Source: Planctomycetota bacterium (GTDB lineage: Bacteria; Planctomycetota; Planctomycetia; Gemmatales; HRBIN36). From it: 64,000 nt of DNA. Shown here piece by piece: positions 8,550 through 17,231 of this stretch. The translations under genes and the position numbers were made by a program. The notes under the pieces are model-generated. The model ran no database searches. It was not told where the DNA came from and saw only the letters and a program-made list of their open reading frames with translations. The stretch's first letter is position 1, and the number at the start of each line of letters is the position of its first letter. The stretch lies in assembly GCA_014584395.1 (NCBI GenBank), contig JACTMY010000017.1, positions 40,012 through 104,011 on the forward strand. Direction: 5' to 3'.

Positions 8550-10715
8550 CTAGTTGCCCGGGCCTGGAGGCGCGGGGCTGCGCCGGGGGCCGCGCGGCAT
8601 CGTCGGATCATCCTCCGGGGCGGCCGGCCGCGCTCCCGGTCCGGCTTGATCGCGCAGGACCGCCTTGCGGGACAGCTTGATCCGATCCTGGGCGTCGATG
8701 GCGATCACCTTGACTTGCATGCGATCCCCCACCTTCACCACGTCCTCGACGCGCCCGACGTACTTGTCGTCCAGTTCGCTGATGTGGCACAGGCCGTCGC
8801 GGCCGGGGACGATCTCGATGAAGGCGCCAAACTCCTTGATCGAGGTCACTCGGCCGTCGTAAATCTTGCCGACCTTGACTTCCTCGGTGATCGCTTCCAC
8901 CTTGAGCCGCGCCTGCTCGGCGGCCTCGGCGTCGATGCTGGCGATGGTCACGGTGCCATCGTCCTCGATTTCGATTTGCGCGCCGGTCGCTTCCTGGATG
9001 CTCTTGATCGTCTTGCCGCCGGGGCCGATCAAGAGGCCGATCTTGTCCGGATTGATGCGCACCTGGATGAGCCGCGGCGCGTTCTTGCTGATCTCCGGGC
9101 GCGGGAAGCGGATGGTGCCGAGCATGACCTTGAGGATTTCCATCCGCGCCTCGCGGGCTTGTTCGAGGGTGGCGCGGATGATCCGCTCGTCGATGCCGTC
9201 GATTTTGAGGTCGAGCTGAATGCCGGTGATGCCGCGGCCGGTGCCGGCGATCTTGAAGTCCATGTCGCCCAGGTGGTCCTCGTCGCCGACGATGTCGGTC
9301 AGCAGGATAAAGCGGTCCCCTTCCTTGACCAGGCCGATCGAGATGCCCGCCACGGGATCGGAGATGGGCACGCCGGCGTCCATCATCGACAGCGTGGCGC
9401 CGCACACCGAGGCCATGCTGCTCGAACCGTTGGATTCGAGAATGTCGGAGACGACGCGGATGGTGTAGGGAAATTTATCAGGGGGCGGAATGACGGCGTT
9501 GAGGCTGCGTTCGGCCAAGGCGCCGTGGCCGATCTCGCGCCGGCCAGGTCCGCGGATGGGCCGGCATTCGCCGACGCTGAAGGGCGGGAAATTGTAATCA
9601 AGCATGAACTTCTTGCTGTATTCGTCGATCAGGCCGTCGATGCGCTGTTCGTCGCTGGTCGTGCCCAGGGTGGTGGTGACGAGGGCTTGCGTTTCGCCGC
9701 GCTGGAAAATGGCCGAGCCGTGCGTGCGCGGCAGGACGTTGACCTCGCAGCTAATGTTCCGCAGTTGCGTGGGCGTTCGGCCATCCACGCGAATGCCGTC
9801 GAGGGTCAGTTCGCGGACGACGCGCTGCTCCAATTCCGCGAAGGCCGCGGCGACGAACGCCGCTTCCTCTTCCGACGGCGCGCGCTCGGCCAGAATCTGG
9901 TCCTTCAACTCGCGCACCTTGGCGGCGCGATCATGCTTGCCCGGCGTCTGCTTGGCGGAACGCATGGCGGCGGCGTATTTTTTATAAAACGCTTCCACTT
10001 CGGGGTTCACCGGCGGCGGCGGGTAAGGCAGCGGCTGAATGCCCTTCAATTTCCGCAGCTCCTCGATCATGTCGACGATCGTGGAGATGATCGTTTGCCC
10101 GAAGAGGATGGCCTGGACCATGTTCTCCTCGGACAGTTCGCGGGCGAACCCCTCGATCATCGTGACGGCGTGGCGGGAGCCGGAAATGACCAGGTCCAGG
10201 TCGCTCTCTTCCAGGTCGGAGTGCGTGGGCATGACGATGAATTCATTGCCGATGCGGCCGATGCGCACCGAGCCGGTCGGTCCCTGGAAGGGAATGTGGG
10301 AGATGCTCAGGGCCGCGCTGGCGCCGATCATGGACAGGATGTCGGGATCATTTTGCTTGTCGGCGGACAGGACGACGGCCATGACCTGGACTTCGTTGGT
10401 GTATTGCACGGGAAAGAGGGGGCGGATGGGGCGGTCGATAAGGCGGGAGGTGAGAATCTCCTTGGTCGTCGGCCGTCCTTCGCGCTTGATGAAGCCGCCG
10501 GGGAATTTCCCCGCGGCGTAGGTTTTCTCCCGATAGTCCACTACGAGGGGGAAGAAATCCCTGGATTCATCCAGTTCTCCCTCGACGGCGGTGACCAGCA
10601 CGGCCGTGTCGCCGTATTGGACGAGGACTGCTCCGTGGGCTTGCTTGGCCAACTTGCCGGTTTCGATGCTCAGAATGCTTTTACCGATGGGACGTTCTAC
10701 ACGACAAACCTGCAC
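8550..10715 (-). CDS. pnp: polyribonucleotide nucleotidyltransferase (PNPase)
   Basis: Contains ...SIETGKLAKQAHGAVLV..., two RNase PH domains, and KH and S1 domains (VGKIYDGRVTSIKEFGAFIEI). The probable GTG start at 10715 lies 6 nt after AGAGGTGA. The start is uncertain. Confidence 0.95.
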   Translation of the reverse strand: MQVCRVERPIGKSILSIETGKLAKQAHGAVLVQYGDTAVLVTAVEGELDESRDFFPLVVDYREKTYAAGKFPGGFIKREGRPTTKEILTSRLIDRPIRPLFPVQYTNEVQVMAVVLSADKQNDPDILSMIGASAALSISHIPFQGPTGSVRIGRIGNEFIVMPTHSDLEESDLDLVISGSRHAVTMIEGFARELSEENMVQAILFGQTIISTIVDMIEELRKLKGIQPLPYPPPPVNPEVEAFYKKYAAAMRSAKQTPGKHDRAAKVRELKDQILAERAPSEEEAAFVAAAFAELEQRVVRELTLDGIRVDGRTPTQLRNISCEVNVLPRTHGSAIFQRGETQALVTTTLGTTSDEQRIDGLIDEYSKKFMLDYNFPPFSVGECRPIRGPGRREIGHGALAERSLNAVIPPPDKFPYTIRVVSDILESNGSSSMASVCGATLSMMDAGVPISDPVAGISIGLVKEGDRFILLTDIVGDEDHLGDMDFKIAGTGRGITGIQLDLKIDGIDERIIRATLEQAREARMEILKVMLGTIRFPRPEISKNAPRLIQVRINPDKIGLLIGPGGKTIKSIQEATGAQIEIEDDGTVTIASIDAEAAEQARLKVEAITEEVKVGKIYDGRVTSIKEFGAFIEIVPGRDGLCHISELDDKYVGRVEDVVKVGDRMQVKVIAIDAQDRIKLSRKAVLRDQAGPGARPAAPEDDPTMPRGPRRSPAPPGPGN

Positions 10716-10922
10716 GATATTCACCTCTTGATGGCTTAACCTGACCCAGCCGAGGAACCGGGGACGCAGCGTCCCAGCATGATGAATCCTTCGAGCCGAA
10801 AGTCCAACAGGCACCCGCGCGCCTTCGCCTGGAGGGCGGGCCCAAGGCTGCCGACCGTGCCAGGTTCAAAGCGCTATAGGTGCCTGCCGCTTTGGCTCCA
10901 CGGCTCCGGTCTCGAGCCGATG

Positions 10923-11189
10923 CTATTTCCGCAAGCCCAGCTTGTTGATCAAGCTCAGGTAGCGATTGCGGTCTTTATTGCGCAAATAGGTCAGCAGGCC
11001 GTTGCGCTTGCTGACCATTTTCAACAATCCGCGCCGACTGGAGAAATCCTTCTCATGCTGCCGCAGATGTTCTGTCAATTCATTGATCCGGCTGGTGAGC
11101 AGCGCGACTTGCACTTCGGGCGAGCCGGTGTCATTGCCTGCTCGGCGATGGCTTTCAATGATCTTGGATTTATTGTCCTTCGAAATCAT
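10923..11189 (-). CDS. rpsO: 30S ribosomal protein S15
   Basis: 88 aa. [41 protein letters not shown] is the typical S15 sequence, and rpsO-pnp synteny is present. Confidence 0.95.
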   Translation of the reverse strand: MISKDNKSKIIESHRRAGNDTGSPEVQVALLTSRINELTEHLRQHEKDFSSRRGLLKMVSKRNGLLTYLRNKDRNRYLSLINKLGLRK

Positions 11190-11360
11190 GAGTCAAACCT
11201 TTCACGATCCGCCTGGCCTAGGCGCGCCCGGGCCGGGGGAGAACTCAGAAAATCCCGACAATTCATTGTTTTACGAGGTGAAGGGCGTCCTTGCAAGTGG
11301 CCTTGTCGAAACCCATGGTTCTTGGCCCGCTTTCCTGAAGGGGCTGCGCGGTAGGGCTTC

Positions 11361-11726
11361 TCAGCCGTCGGCGCTGGCAGGCGGCATCGTCGCCGCCAAT
11401 AGGGCCAAGATGATGAGCATGCCGAGCATGCCCAGGAGGCTGATCAAGCGATAAGCATTCCACCACGGCCTGGGGGTCGGTACCGCGGCGGCCAGGATCG
11501 TCTCATCGGGACGAAACCATTCGGGCCGCCGCCACAAGGCGATGCGCCAGATCAGGATCATGACCGCCATGAGGGGAATCGTGTGCATTAACCCCACGCG
11601 CATGCCGTGGAAGAAACCGAGAAACGCGCCGATGCCGCACATGAGCGTGACGGCGTTCACTTCGATTTGCTTAAGCAGCACGAAGGGAATCCAACCGACA
11701 TAGACCGCGGCCATACTGGCCACCAT
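11361..11726 (-). CDS. small integral membrane protein (hypothetical)
   Basis: 121 aa with 3-4 hydrophobic helices, co-directional behind the sigma/anti-sigma pair. Confidence 0.5.
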   Translation of the reverse strand: MVASMAAVYVGWIPFVLLKQIEVNAVTLMCGIGAFLGFFHGMRVGLMHTIPLMAVMILIWRIALWRRPEWFRPDETILAAAVPTPRPWWNAYRLISLLGMLGMLIILALLAATMPPASADG

Positions 11727-11735
11727 GCAGGGGGT

Positions 11736-11918
11736 TCAGCCGACGCTGTGATCGAAAGCCGCGCCCAACTTATGGTACAGCAGCAAGCCGATCGGCGTGA
11801 TGGCCATGACCCACGCGTGGCGGGCTCGAGCCAAAGCCGTGCGCAGGGGCAGCATCCAACCGGCGGCCAAGAGGGCCACCCCAATCCAAAGCGACGTGGT
11901 CGCGGCGAAAAAGGACAT
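11736..11918 (-). CDS. small membrane protein (hypothetical)
   Basis: 60 aa with 2 hydrophobic helices. It starts 3 nt after the anti-sigma stop and is in the same frame as 11361-11726, separated from it by TGA plus 3 codons. Confidence 0.4.
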   Translation of the reverse strand: MSFFAATTSLWIGVALLAAGWMLPLRTALARARHAWVMAITPIGLLLYHKLGAAFDHSVG

Positions 11919-11921
11919 GGA

Positions 11922-12965
11922 TCAATCATCCACGGGGGCCGGGGGCGGTGCGGGGCACGCTTCGCTCGGAGCGAGCACGGCATCATAGGGCCGCAACCCC
12001 GGCGCGACTTGCCGATGGTCGTTGCGGAAAATGTCGGGGTCAAAATGACCGTCATGAACGGCCAAGGCCCGCGATTTCAAGAACAGGGCATGCCCGCCCA
12101 TGAAGAGAACGTTTTGCCCCTTGCCGGCGTGATTGGGACTATGCATCGACTCCCATTGAATCCCTTCGCCTTCCCGAGGCGGGCGATCCGCCATGATGGG
12201 CATCTGGCTGCCCAGGCTCAAATGCAGCGGTTGGCGTTGTTTTAAATCGCCTTGACCGGCCCAATAACCCAGGGGAAAGGCATAACAGCCGCCGATTTGC
12301 CTGCGCCAGGTGCCATTCAAGTCAAGTTGGCTGCGCTCCTTGAGTTCGTCCAAGGTGGGCGGCAACAACGGAGCGTCGCCATGGCGCGGATTGGCCGGGC
12401 AGGTGACTTGCATGTCCGAACCCCAGTAGCCGTTTTCACGGAGAATGACGTTGACCGCGCCGGCCACGTTGAGCGGGCTTTGATCGGCCACGGCGGGGAG
12501 ATAGCCGTCGTGGGATTGCTGATAGGCGGCAAAGGCGTTGTAAAACTGCCGCAGGTTTTCCTGGCAGGCGACGATGCCATGCTTTTGCCGAATCTCGCTC
12601 AGCAGCATGGGCACGAGCAGGCCGAGAACAAACAGGATGCCCGCGGCGACAATGAAATCGATCTTGCGCCAATGGCTGGGCGACCAGACGCGGTCGCCCC
12701 AGCGGTTGAGGGGAGCGGGCGTCAATTCCCGAGCCGCCGGCGCGGGCTGGCGGGTGCGATAATGGGCGATTTTTCTGAGCGTCGTGAAGTGCAGGTCCGT
12801 TGACGCGGGGGGCCACTCGCGATCCACGTTCAGGGGATTCAGGGCTTCGCGGAGCCGCACGAGCCGCTGGCGCAGTTCGGGCGAGGCTTCCAATTGTCTC
12901 TCGATCGCGCGACTTTCATCGTCGTCGAGGCCATCGATCAAGTAGGCTAAAAGTTCAGTGTCCAT
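11922..12965 (-). CDS. anti-sigma-factor-like N-terminus + TM + DUF1559-like extracytoplasmic domain
   Basis: The N-terminus MDTELLAYLIDGLDDDESRAIERQLEASPELRQRL is anti-sigma-like (no Zn ligands). The TM is IDFIVAAGILFVLGLLVPMLL. The post-TM segment ACQENLRQFYNAFAAYQQSHDGYLP parallels the CQxxLRQIG...H..H segment of the DUF1559 paralogues. The C-terminus HAGKGQNVLFMGGHALFL is H-X9-MG instead of DG. Confidence 0.75.
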   Translation of the reverse strand: MDTELLAYLIDGLDDDESRAIERQLEASPELRQRLVRLREALNPLNVDREWPPASTDLHFTTLRKIAHYRTRQPAPAARELTPAPLNRWGDRVWSPSHWRKIDFIVAAGILFVLGLLVPMLLSEIRQKHGIVACQENLRQFYNAFAAYQQSHDGYLPAVADQSPLNVAGAVNVILRENGYWGSDMQVTCPANPRHGDAPLLPPTLDELKERSQLDLNGTWRRQIGGCYAFPLGYWAGQGDLKQRQPLHLSLGSQMPIMADRPPREGEGIQWESMHSPNHAGKGQNVLFMGGHALFLKSRALAVHDGHFDPDIFRNDHRQVAPGLRPYDAVLAPSEACPAPPPAPVDD

Positions 12966-13008
12966 CGGCAGCCAAACCTCATGGGCGACGGGAAACGCCG
13001 GGCGAAGA

Positions 13009-13644
13009 TCACGGACGGGGCGTTTCCATCAAGGCGGATGATTTTTGCCAAAGCTCGTGGAGGCGGGCGAGCGCCAGGTGCAAGCGCGATTTCACCGTCC
13101 CCACGGGCACCTTCATCACCTCGGCAATGTCGCGGTATTTCATCCCCTGGTAATAAGCCAGGATCAGCGTGAGCTTCAAATGCTCCGGGAGTTTGTCAAT
13201 GCCCTGGCGCACCAACTGCTGCCTTTCCTTCGTGGCCAGCTTGGCGAACGGGTCCAACTCGCGGTTGGCGAGGAGATCAATCCCCGCCGTGGACGTGTTT
13301 CCGTCTTGGCTCAGCGCCTGGTCCAAGCTGACGCTGGCCCGCCGGCCGGAGCGACGCAGCGCGTCGATCGCCAGGTGCGTGGCCATGGTGTAAATCCAGG
13401 GGCGCGCCGGCCGGCCCGCTTCATACTGGTCGATTTTCTCAAACAGCTTGAGGAACGTGTTTTGAAAAACGTCCTCGGCCAGCGTTTCATCGCCCAGATA
13501 ACGTCTCAGATAACCGAAGAGTTCCTTCTCATAACGCCGAAGCAAGGGTCCGAAGAGGTCGGTTTCCCCCTTTTGAATGCGTTCAAGAAGTTGCTCATCG
13601 GAGACGTCTTCCAGGGCCACATCGCACTTTTGCGTCTTCGACAT
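13009..13644 (-). CDS. ECF-type RNA polymerase sigma factor
   Basis: Region 2 is FGPLLRRYEKELFGYLRRYLGD...DVFQNTFLKLF. Region 4 is LILAYYQGMKYRDIAEVMKVPVGTVKSRLHLA. The start is uncertain (TTG 13674 or ATG 13644). Confidence 0.85.
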   Translation of the reverse strand: MSKTQKCDVALEDVSDEQLLERIQKGETDLFGPLLRRYEKELFGYLRRYLGDETLAEDVFQNTFLKLFEKIDQYEAGRPARPWIYTMATHLAIDALRRSGRRASVSLDQALSQDGNTSTAGIDLLANRELDPFAKLATKERQQLVRQGIDKLPEHLKLTLILAYYQGMKYRDIAEVMKVPVGTVKSRLHLALARLHELWQKSSALMETPRP

Positions 13645-13777
13645 TGGTACGCTTTTAAGCTGGCGAGGGTTCAATCATGGCGCGGAAATGACTCCTTCCT
13701 TCATTCTCAAACGGAGGGGAAGTCAAGTCAAGCCGGATCGAACGGCGCGGCACCGCCGCGGGCCGAGCCGGCCGGAC

Positions 13778-14305
13778 TCAGCGATCCAAGTCCTGCGTCG
13801 AGCGGAGGTACGCGGCCTGCAGCAGCGTTTTGATCCCGTCCGCGGGGATGTCTTCCAGGGAGCGCACGGGAACGTGGCGAATTTTTTGCCCGTTGCCGCG
13901 GAGCAGGCCGTGCGGGTCCGGCAGTTGGGCGCCTTCCGTGAAATAAAAATGGCACTGATTCTTGCTCGGTTGAATCCCGCAAATCTTAATCGGCGCTTTG
14001 TACAGGGCCAGGCGCAGGGCGGGATAGACCGTTTCGATGGCGCTGGGCAGCGTTTCGAAGACGATTTCCCTTAAGCGGCGGCAGATGGCTTGAATTTCCG
14101 AGTCGATCTCCTCGATGAGATCGGAGAAGGTGGCGATGTTGGGCGGCAGCGCTGAGCGCTTGACTTGCTTGACCTGGCGTTTTTTGGGAGTCCCTTCTTG
14201 GGGAGCACGGCGTTCTACGGTCTTGGCGGGCAGCGGCGAAACGGACACGGGCTTGGACGTGCCGCTTGGACGGGCCTTGGAGCCCGGTTTCGACTTCTTG
14301 ACCAT
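13778..14305 (-). CDS. DUF1801 (YdhG-like) domain protein with Lys/Pro-rich N-terminus
   Basis: The C-terminal 110 aa (IQAICRRLREIVFETLPSAIETVYP...CHFYFTEGAQLPDPHGLL) resemble DUF1801. The assignment is tentative. Confidence 0.55.
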   Translation of the reverse strand: MVKKSKPGSKARPSGTSKPVSVSPLPAKTVERRAPQEGTPKKRQVKQVKRSALPPNIATFSDLIEEIDSEIQAICRRLREIVFETLPSAIETVYPALRLALYKAPIKICGIQPSKNQCHFYFTEGAQLPDPHGLLRGNGQKIRHVPVRSLEDIPADGIKTLLQAAYLRSTQDLDR

Positions 14306-14426
14306 CCTTCACATCCCTTCCCTAAGAACGGAAGCCGACCTGGGCGAGCGTCGGCGTGAGCGTGGCTGGCGTTGCCCCTGGTCCCAGGGCCGCGGGCGAG
14401 TCCAGCCGGAACGAGTCCTAACCATC

Positions 14427-16190
14427 CTATGCGGAACCGCCATTGTTGGAAGGCTGCGGATTCATGGGGCGCGGCTCGCCGGCGGGATGCTTGGGCAACA
14501 GATCGAGCACCTCGCGCGCCTCGCTGCGCAGCCGCGTGAGAAACTCCTCCCAGGCCTGTTCCGCCTGGCCGCGAAATTGCCGCAACCCTTCCTCGATGTC
14601 GTCCCGCTTGTCGAGCCAATCGCCCATGTATTGCCGCTTGGTCGCTTCCATTTCCGCCTCGACGTTCGCGCGGCGCTCCGCCAGCTCCTTCTCCAGGGCT
14701 TTCCGCTCGCCCTCGGCGTGGCTGTTCCATTCGGCGATGGACATCTCGATTTTAGTTTCCTCGTTGCGGAGCTGCTTCAGCGTGTCGCGGAGTTGTTCGA
14801 TCTCCTTTTCCCGCTCGGTGTGCTCGTCGAGCAAGGCCTGGCGCTGTTCATACCAGCTTTCCGTTTCCTGCTGCACGGCGATGCGCTGGCGGTTCAAACC
14901 CGCCTCCATTTCCAGCAATTGCGCTTGCTTGCGCGCCAGCTCCTCGTCTTTCTTGGCCAGTTCGTCTAGCTGTCTGGCCCGCTCGGCGATGAAGGCTTTC
15001 TTCTGCTCGGCCAGATCGTGCATTTCCTGGCGGCGGGCGTTGAAGGCGGCCGACTGAATTTCGCGCTCGCGCTTGTAGGCTTCCTCTTCCTGCTCCCGTT
15101 CGTTGCGGAGCCGATTCAATTCATCTTCCAAGGCGGTCATGTGGTCTTGCTGCTTCTGCAGCTCCATGCGGCCGGCGGCGATCATGTTCTTGACGTGTTC
15201 GAATTCCGCCGACTCCTTGATCCGCAACTGCCGCAGGTAGTCGAGCTGCTGTTCTTCCTTGATCGCGTCGGGCAGGAGCCGGGCGCTCTGGCGGGCCAGG
15301 GCCTTCTGCACCGCGTCCAGGGATGTGCGCTGCTCTTCCTCGAGTTTGCGGAACGTGCTGATGTTTTCCAGGAGCGTGGCCTCTTCCGACGCGAGGCGGG
15401 TGATGTTGATCTTGAGCCGCTCCAACTCCTTGCGGGCATGGGCCAGTTCGGCGGGCGAATTCTGCCGCCCCTCGCGGCGGCCGCCCCGCGCCGCCTGCTC
15501 CATGATGTGCTGCTGCAGGGCGTTCAGCTCGGCTTCGCGCTTGTCCAGTTCCTTGCGCCAATCCTCGAGGCGATTGCGGCGGTCGAGAATTTCCTGGCGC
15601 TGTTTCGACAAATCCTGGGCGACGTCGTCATTGGACTGCGGCTGGGCGGCGCGGAGCAACTGGTTTTCCAGCTCCTTGGCGCGCTCCTGCAGAGACGACA
15701 ATTGCCGGGACAGCAACAAACAGCGCGTGCGCCGCTTCCAGGCCAATTGGGCCAGATGGGCGCGCCGCCGCGACAACTTGGCGTTTTCCTTTTGGCTGCC
15801 GTCGTGCGGTTGCACCTGGCCGGAGGCGTCGGGCAAGCTGGCCCGCAACTGCAATGAGCCGATCTGGATCGTGTCGTTGTTTTTGAGCAGCGTCTCGGCC
15901 ACCGCCACGCCGTTGACGAGCGTCCCGGACTGCGTGCGACAATCGCGCAGCAAGTAACCTTGATCGGTTTTCACCAGCAAGCAATGCATCTCGGCCACGT
16001 CCGAGTCGGGGAATTTGTAATCGCAGGCGGGATGGCTGCCAAACAAGAGGGCCGATCGATTGATTACGAGTCGGCGATGGGCCAGGGGGCCTGAGATGAC
16101 CAGCAAAACCGGTTCGCTGGCTTGAGCATCAGACCCAGACACATTGGTGCTCATGCGGACCTCGAATGGGGGGCGGAGCAAAGCATTCAT
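14427..16190 (-). CDS. FHA-domain protein with a coiled-coil region of about 450 aa
   Basis: FHA core: LLFGSHPACDYKFPDSDVAEMHCLLVKTDQGYLLRDCRTQSGTLVNGVAV. The rest is heptad-like and E/K/R/Q/L-rich. An alternative start is ATG 16154. Confidence 0.8.
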   Translation of the reverse strand: MNALLRPPFEVRMSTNVSGSDAQASEPVLLVISGPLAHRRLVINRSALLFGSHPACDYKFPDSDVAEMHCLLVKTDQGYLLRDCRTQSGTLVNGVAVAETLLKNNDTIQIGSLQLRASLPDASGQVQPHDGSQKENAKLSRRRAHLAQLAWKRRTRCLLLSRQLSSLQERAKELENQLLRAAQPQSNDDVAQDLSKQRQEILDRRNRLEDWRKELDKREAELNALQQHIMEQAARGGRREGRQNSPAELAHARKELERLKINITRLASEEATLLENISTFRKLEEEQRTSLDAVQKALARQSARLLPDAIKEEQQLDYLRQLRIKESAEFEHVKNMIAAGRMELQKQQDHMTALEDELNRLRNEREQEEEAYKREREIQSAAFNARRQEMHDLAEQKKAFIAERARQLDELAKKDEELARKQAQLLEMEAGLNRQRIAVQQETESWYEQRQALLDEHTEREKEIEQLRDTLKQLRNEETKIEMSIAEWNSHAEGERKALEKELAERRANVEAEMEATKRQYMGDWLDKRDDIEEGLRQFRGQAEQAWEEFLTRLRSEAREVLDLLPKHPAGEPRPMNPQPSNNGGSA

Positions 16191-16583
16191 CCCCGGGAGC
16201 AGCTTCTTGGCGCCTCCGGTGTCGGGATCAACACCCGCCTTGATTGTCCTTCATAATCGCGCCTTGGTCAAACAAGAACTGGCATCATTCTGAAGTTCCT
16301 CGGCCGGCGGCTTTAAATGGCGCCGGCGCCAGGGGATGGCTCATCGAGGCCGTGCTGACTTGCGCCCGGCGTGGGGCGATGCCGTGAGGCCAGGCAGCGC
16401 CGGCGGCTTTCTCTCCAAATTATGAAATCGTTATATTTTCTCTTCAAGGCCGGGAGGCGTTGAAAAAACTCTTCACTTCGCATGTACGATCGGTCGTGGA
16501 AAAGTTAAGATGACCCTGTAAGCACTGGCAACGTGCCAGCCCGCCCATGAGAGGTAGATGGATCGCCCACCTCGAGGTGCAAC

Positions 16584-17111
16584 ATGTTTCCCGCCTTTCC
16601 GAAGCTCGAATCCTTGTGTCGTTACCTGGATGGACTGACCGAACGCGTGGACCTGCAGGTGTTGGGTTACCATTTGCGTGAATTGGAAGTCGAGCCCGAC
16701 GATATCGCCGAGGCCTGCCTTTTCGACGATCATCATTACAACCGCAACAAAGTGGCCGCTGGACCTTGGTATGACCTGTTCATCATTTGCTGGAAGCCCG
16801 GACAAGCCTCCCTCATCCACGACCACACGGGGTCGAGTTGCGGCTTCAAAGTCTTGACCGGCACGGCTACGGAAACCGTTTTTGAAAAGACCGGCGCCAT
16901 GCGGAATGGCGTGCCCGTGGCTCGGGCCTTGGAGGCGCACGATTTCAAGACTGGCGCCGTGTGCCTGGCGCAGGACGATGCCATCCATCGCGTGATCAAT
17001 CTCAGCGACGACAAGCCCCTGATCACGCTCCATGTCTACTCGCCGCCGCTGGACATGCACTACTACGAAGAAGAGATCGGCGAACCGGCGGCGACGACCG
17101 CGGGCCGCTGA
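16584..17111 (+). CDS. cysteine dioxygenase type I-like cupin
   Basis: ICWKPGQASLIHDHTGSSCGFKVLTGTATE...DDAIHRVIN matches the CDO His triad context. Confidence 0.75.
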   Translation: MFPAFPKLESLCRYLDGLTERVDLQVLGYHLRELEVEPDDIAEACLFDDHHYNRNKVAAGPWYDLFIICWKPGQASLIHDHTGSSCGFKVLTGTATETVFEKTGAMRNGVPVARALEAHDFKTGAVCLAQDDAIHRVINLSDDKPLITLHVYSPPLDMHYYEEEIGEPAATTAGR

Positions 17112-17180
17112 GCGCTTCCTCGATCCGCATGGCCGGCATCTGCATGAGGTGAGCGAAGATGCCGCCGCGATGAAACAGCA

Positions 17181-17216
17181 AGACCGGTGGGTTGAACCAC
17201 CGGTCTTTTCATTTTC
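17181..17216 (+). terminator. Rho-independent terminator between convergent genes
   Basis: Perfect 10-bp stem AGACCGGTGG / CCACCGGTCT with loop GTTGAA, followed by TTTTCATTTT. Confidence 0.65.
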
Positions 17217-17231
17217 GCAGCGCCTCGCCGG

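Noticed and set aside
7779-10739. 986-aa plus-strand ORF, the longest ORF in this region
   Set aside because: It is exactly antisense to pnp, whose product is unmistakable. Its own translation is R/G/A/D/H/L-rich with no motif, which is the typical high-GC antisense open frame.
10716-10922. The rpsO-pnp spacer as an E. coli-like RNase III autoregulatory hairpin
   Set aside because: Only a long-range 8-bp complement (CAGGCACC 10809-10816 with GGTGCCTG 10879-10886) and small GC hairpins are visible. That is not enough to call a specific element without folding and comparative data.
11727-11738. The in-frame TGA between the two mini membrane ORFs as a selenocysteine codon
   Set aside because: I saw no SECIS-like hairpin immediately downstream, there are no selenoprotein-type redox motifs, and an ATG start follows three codons later.
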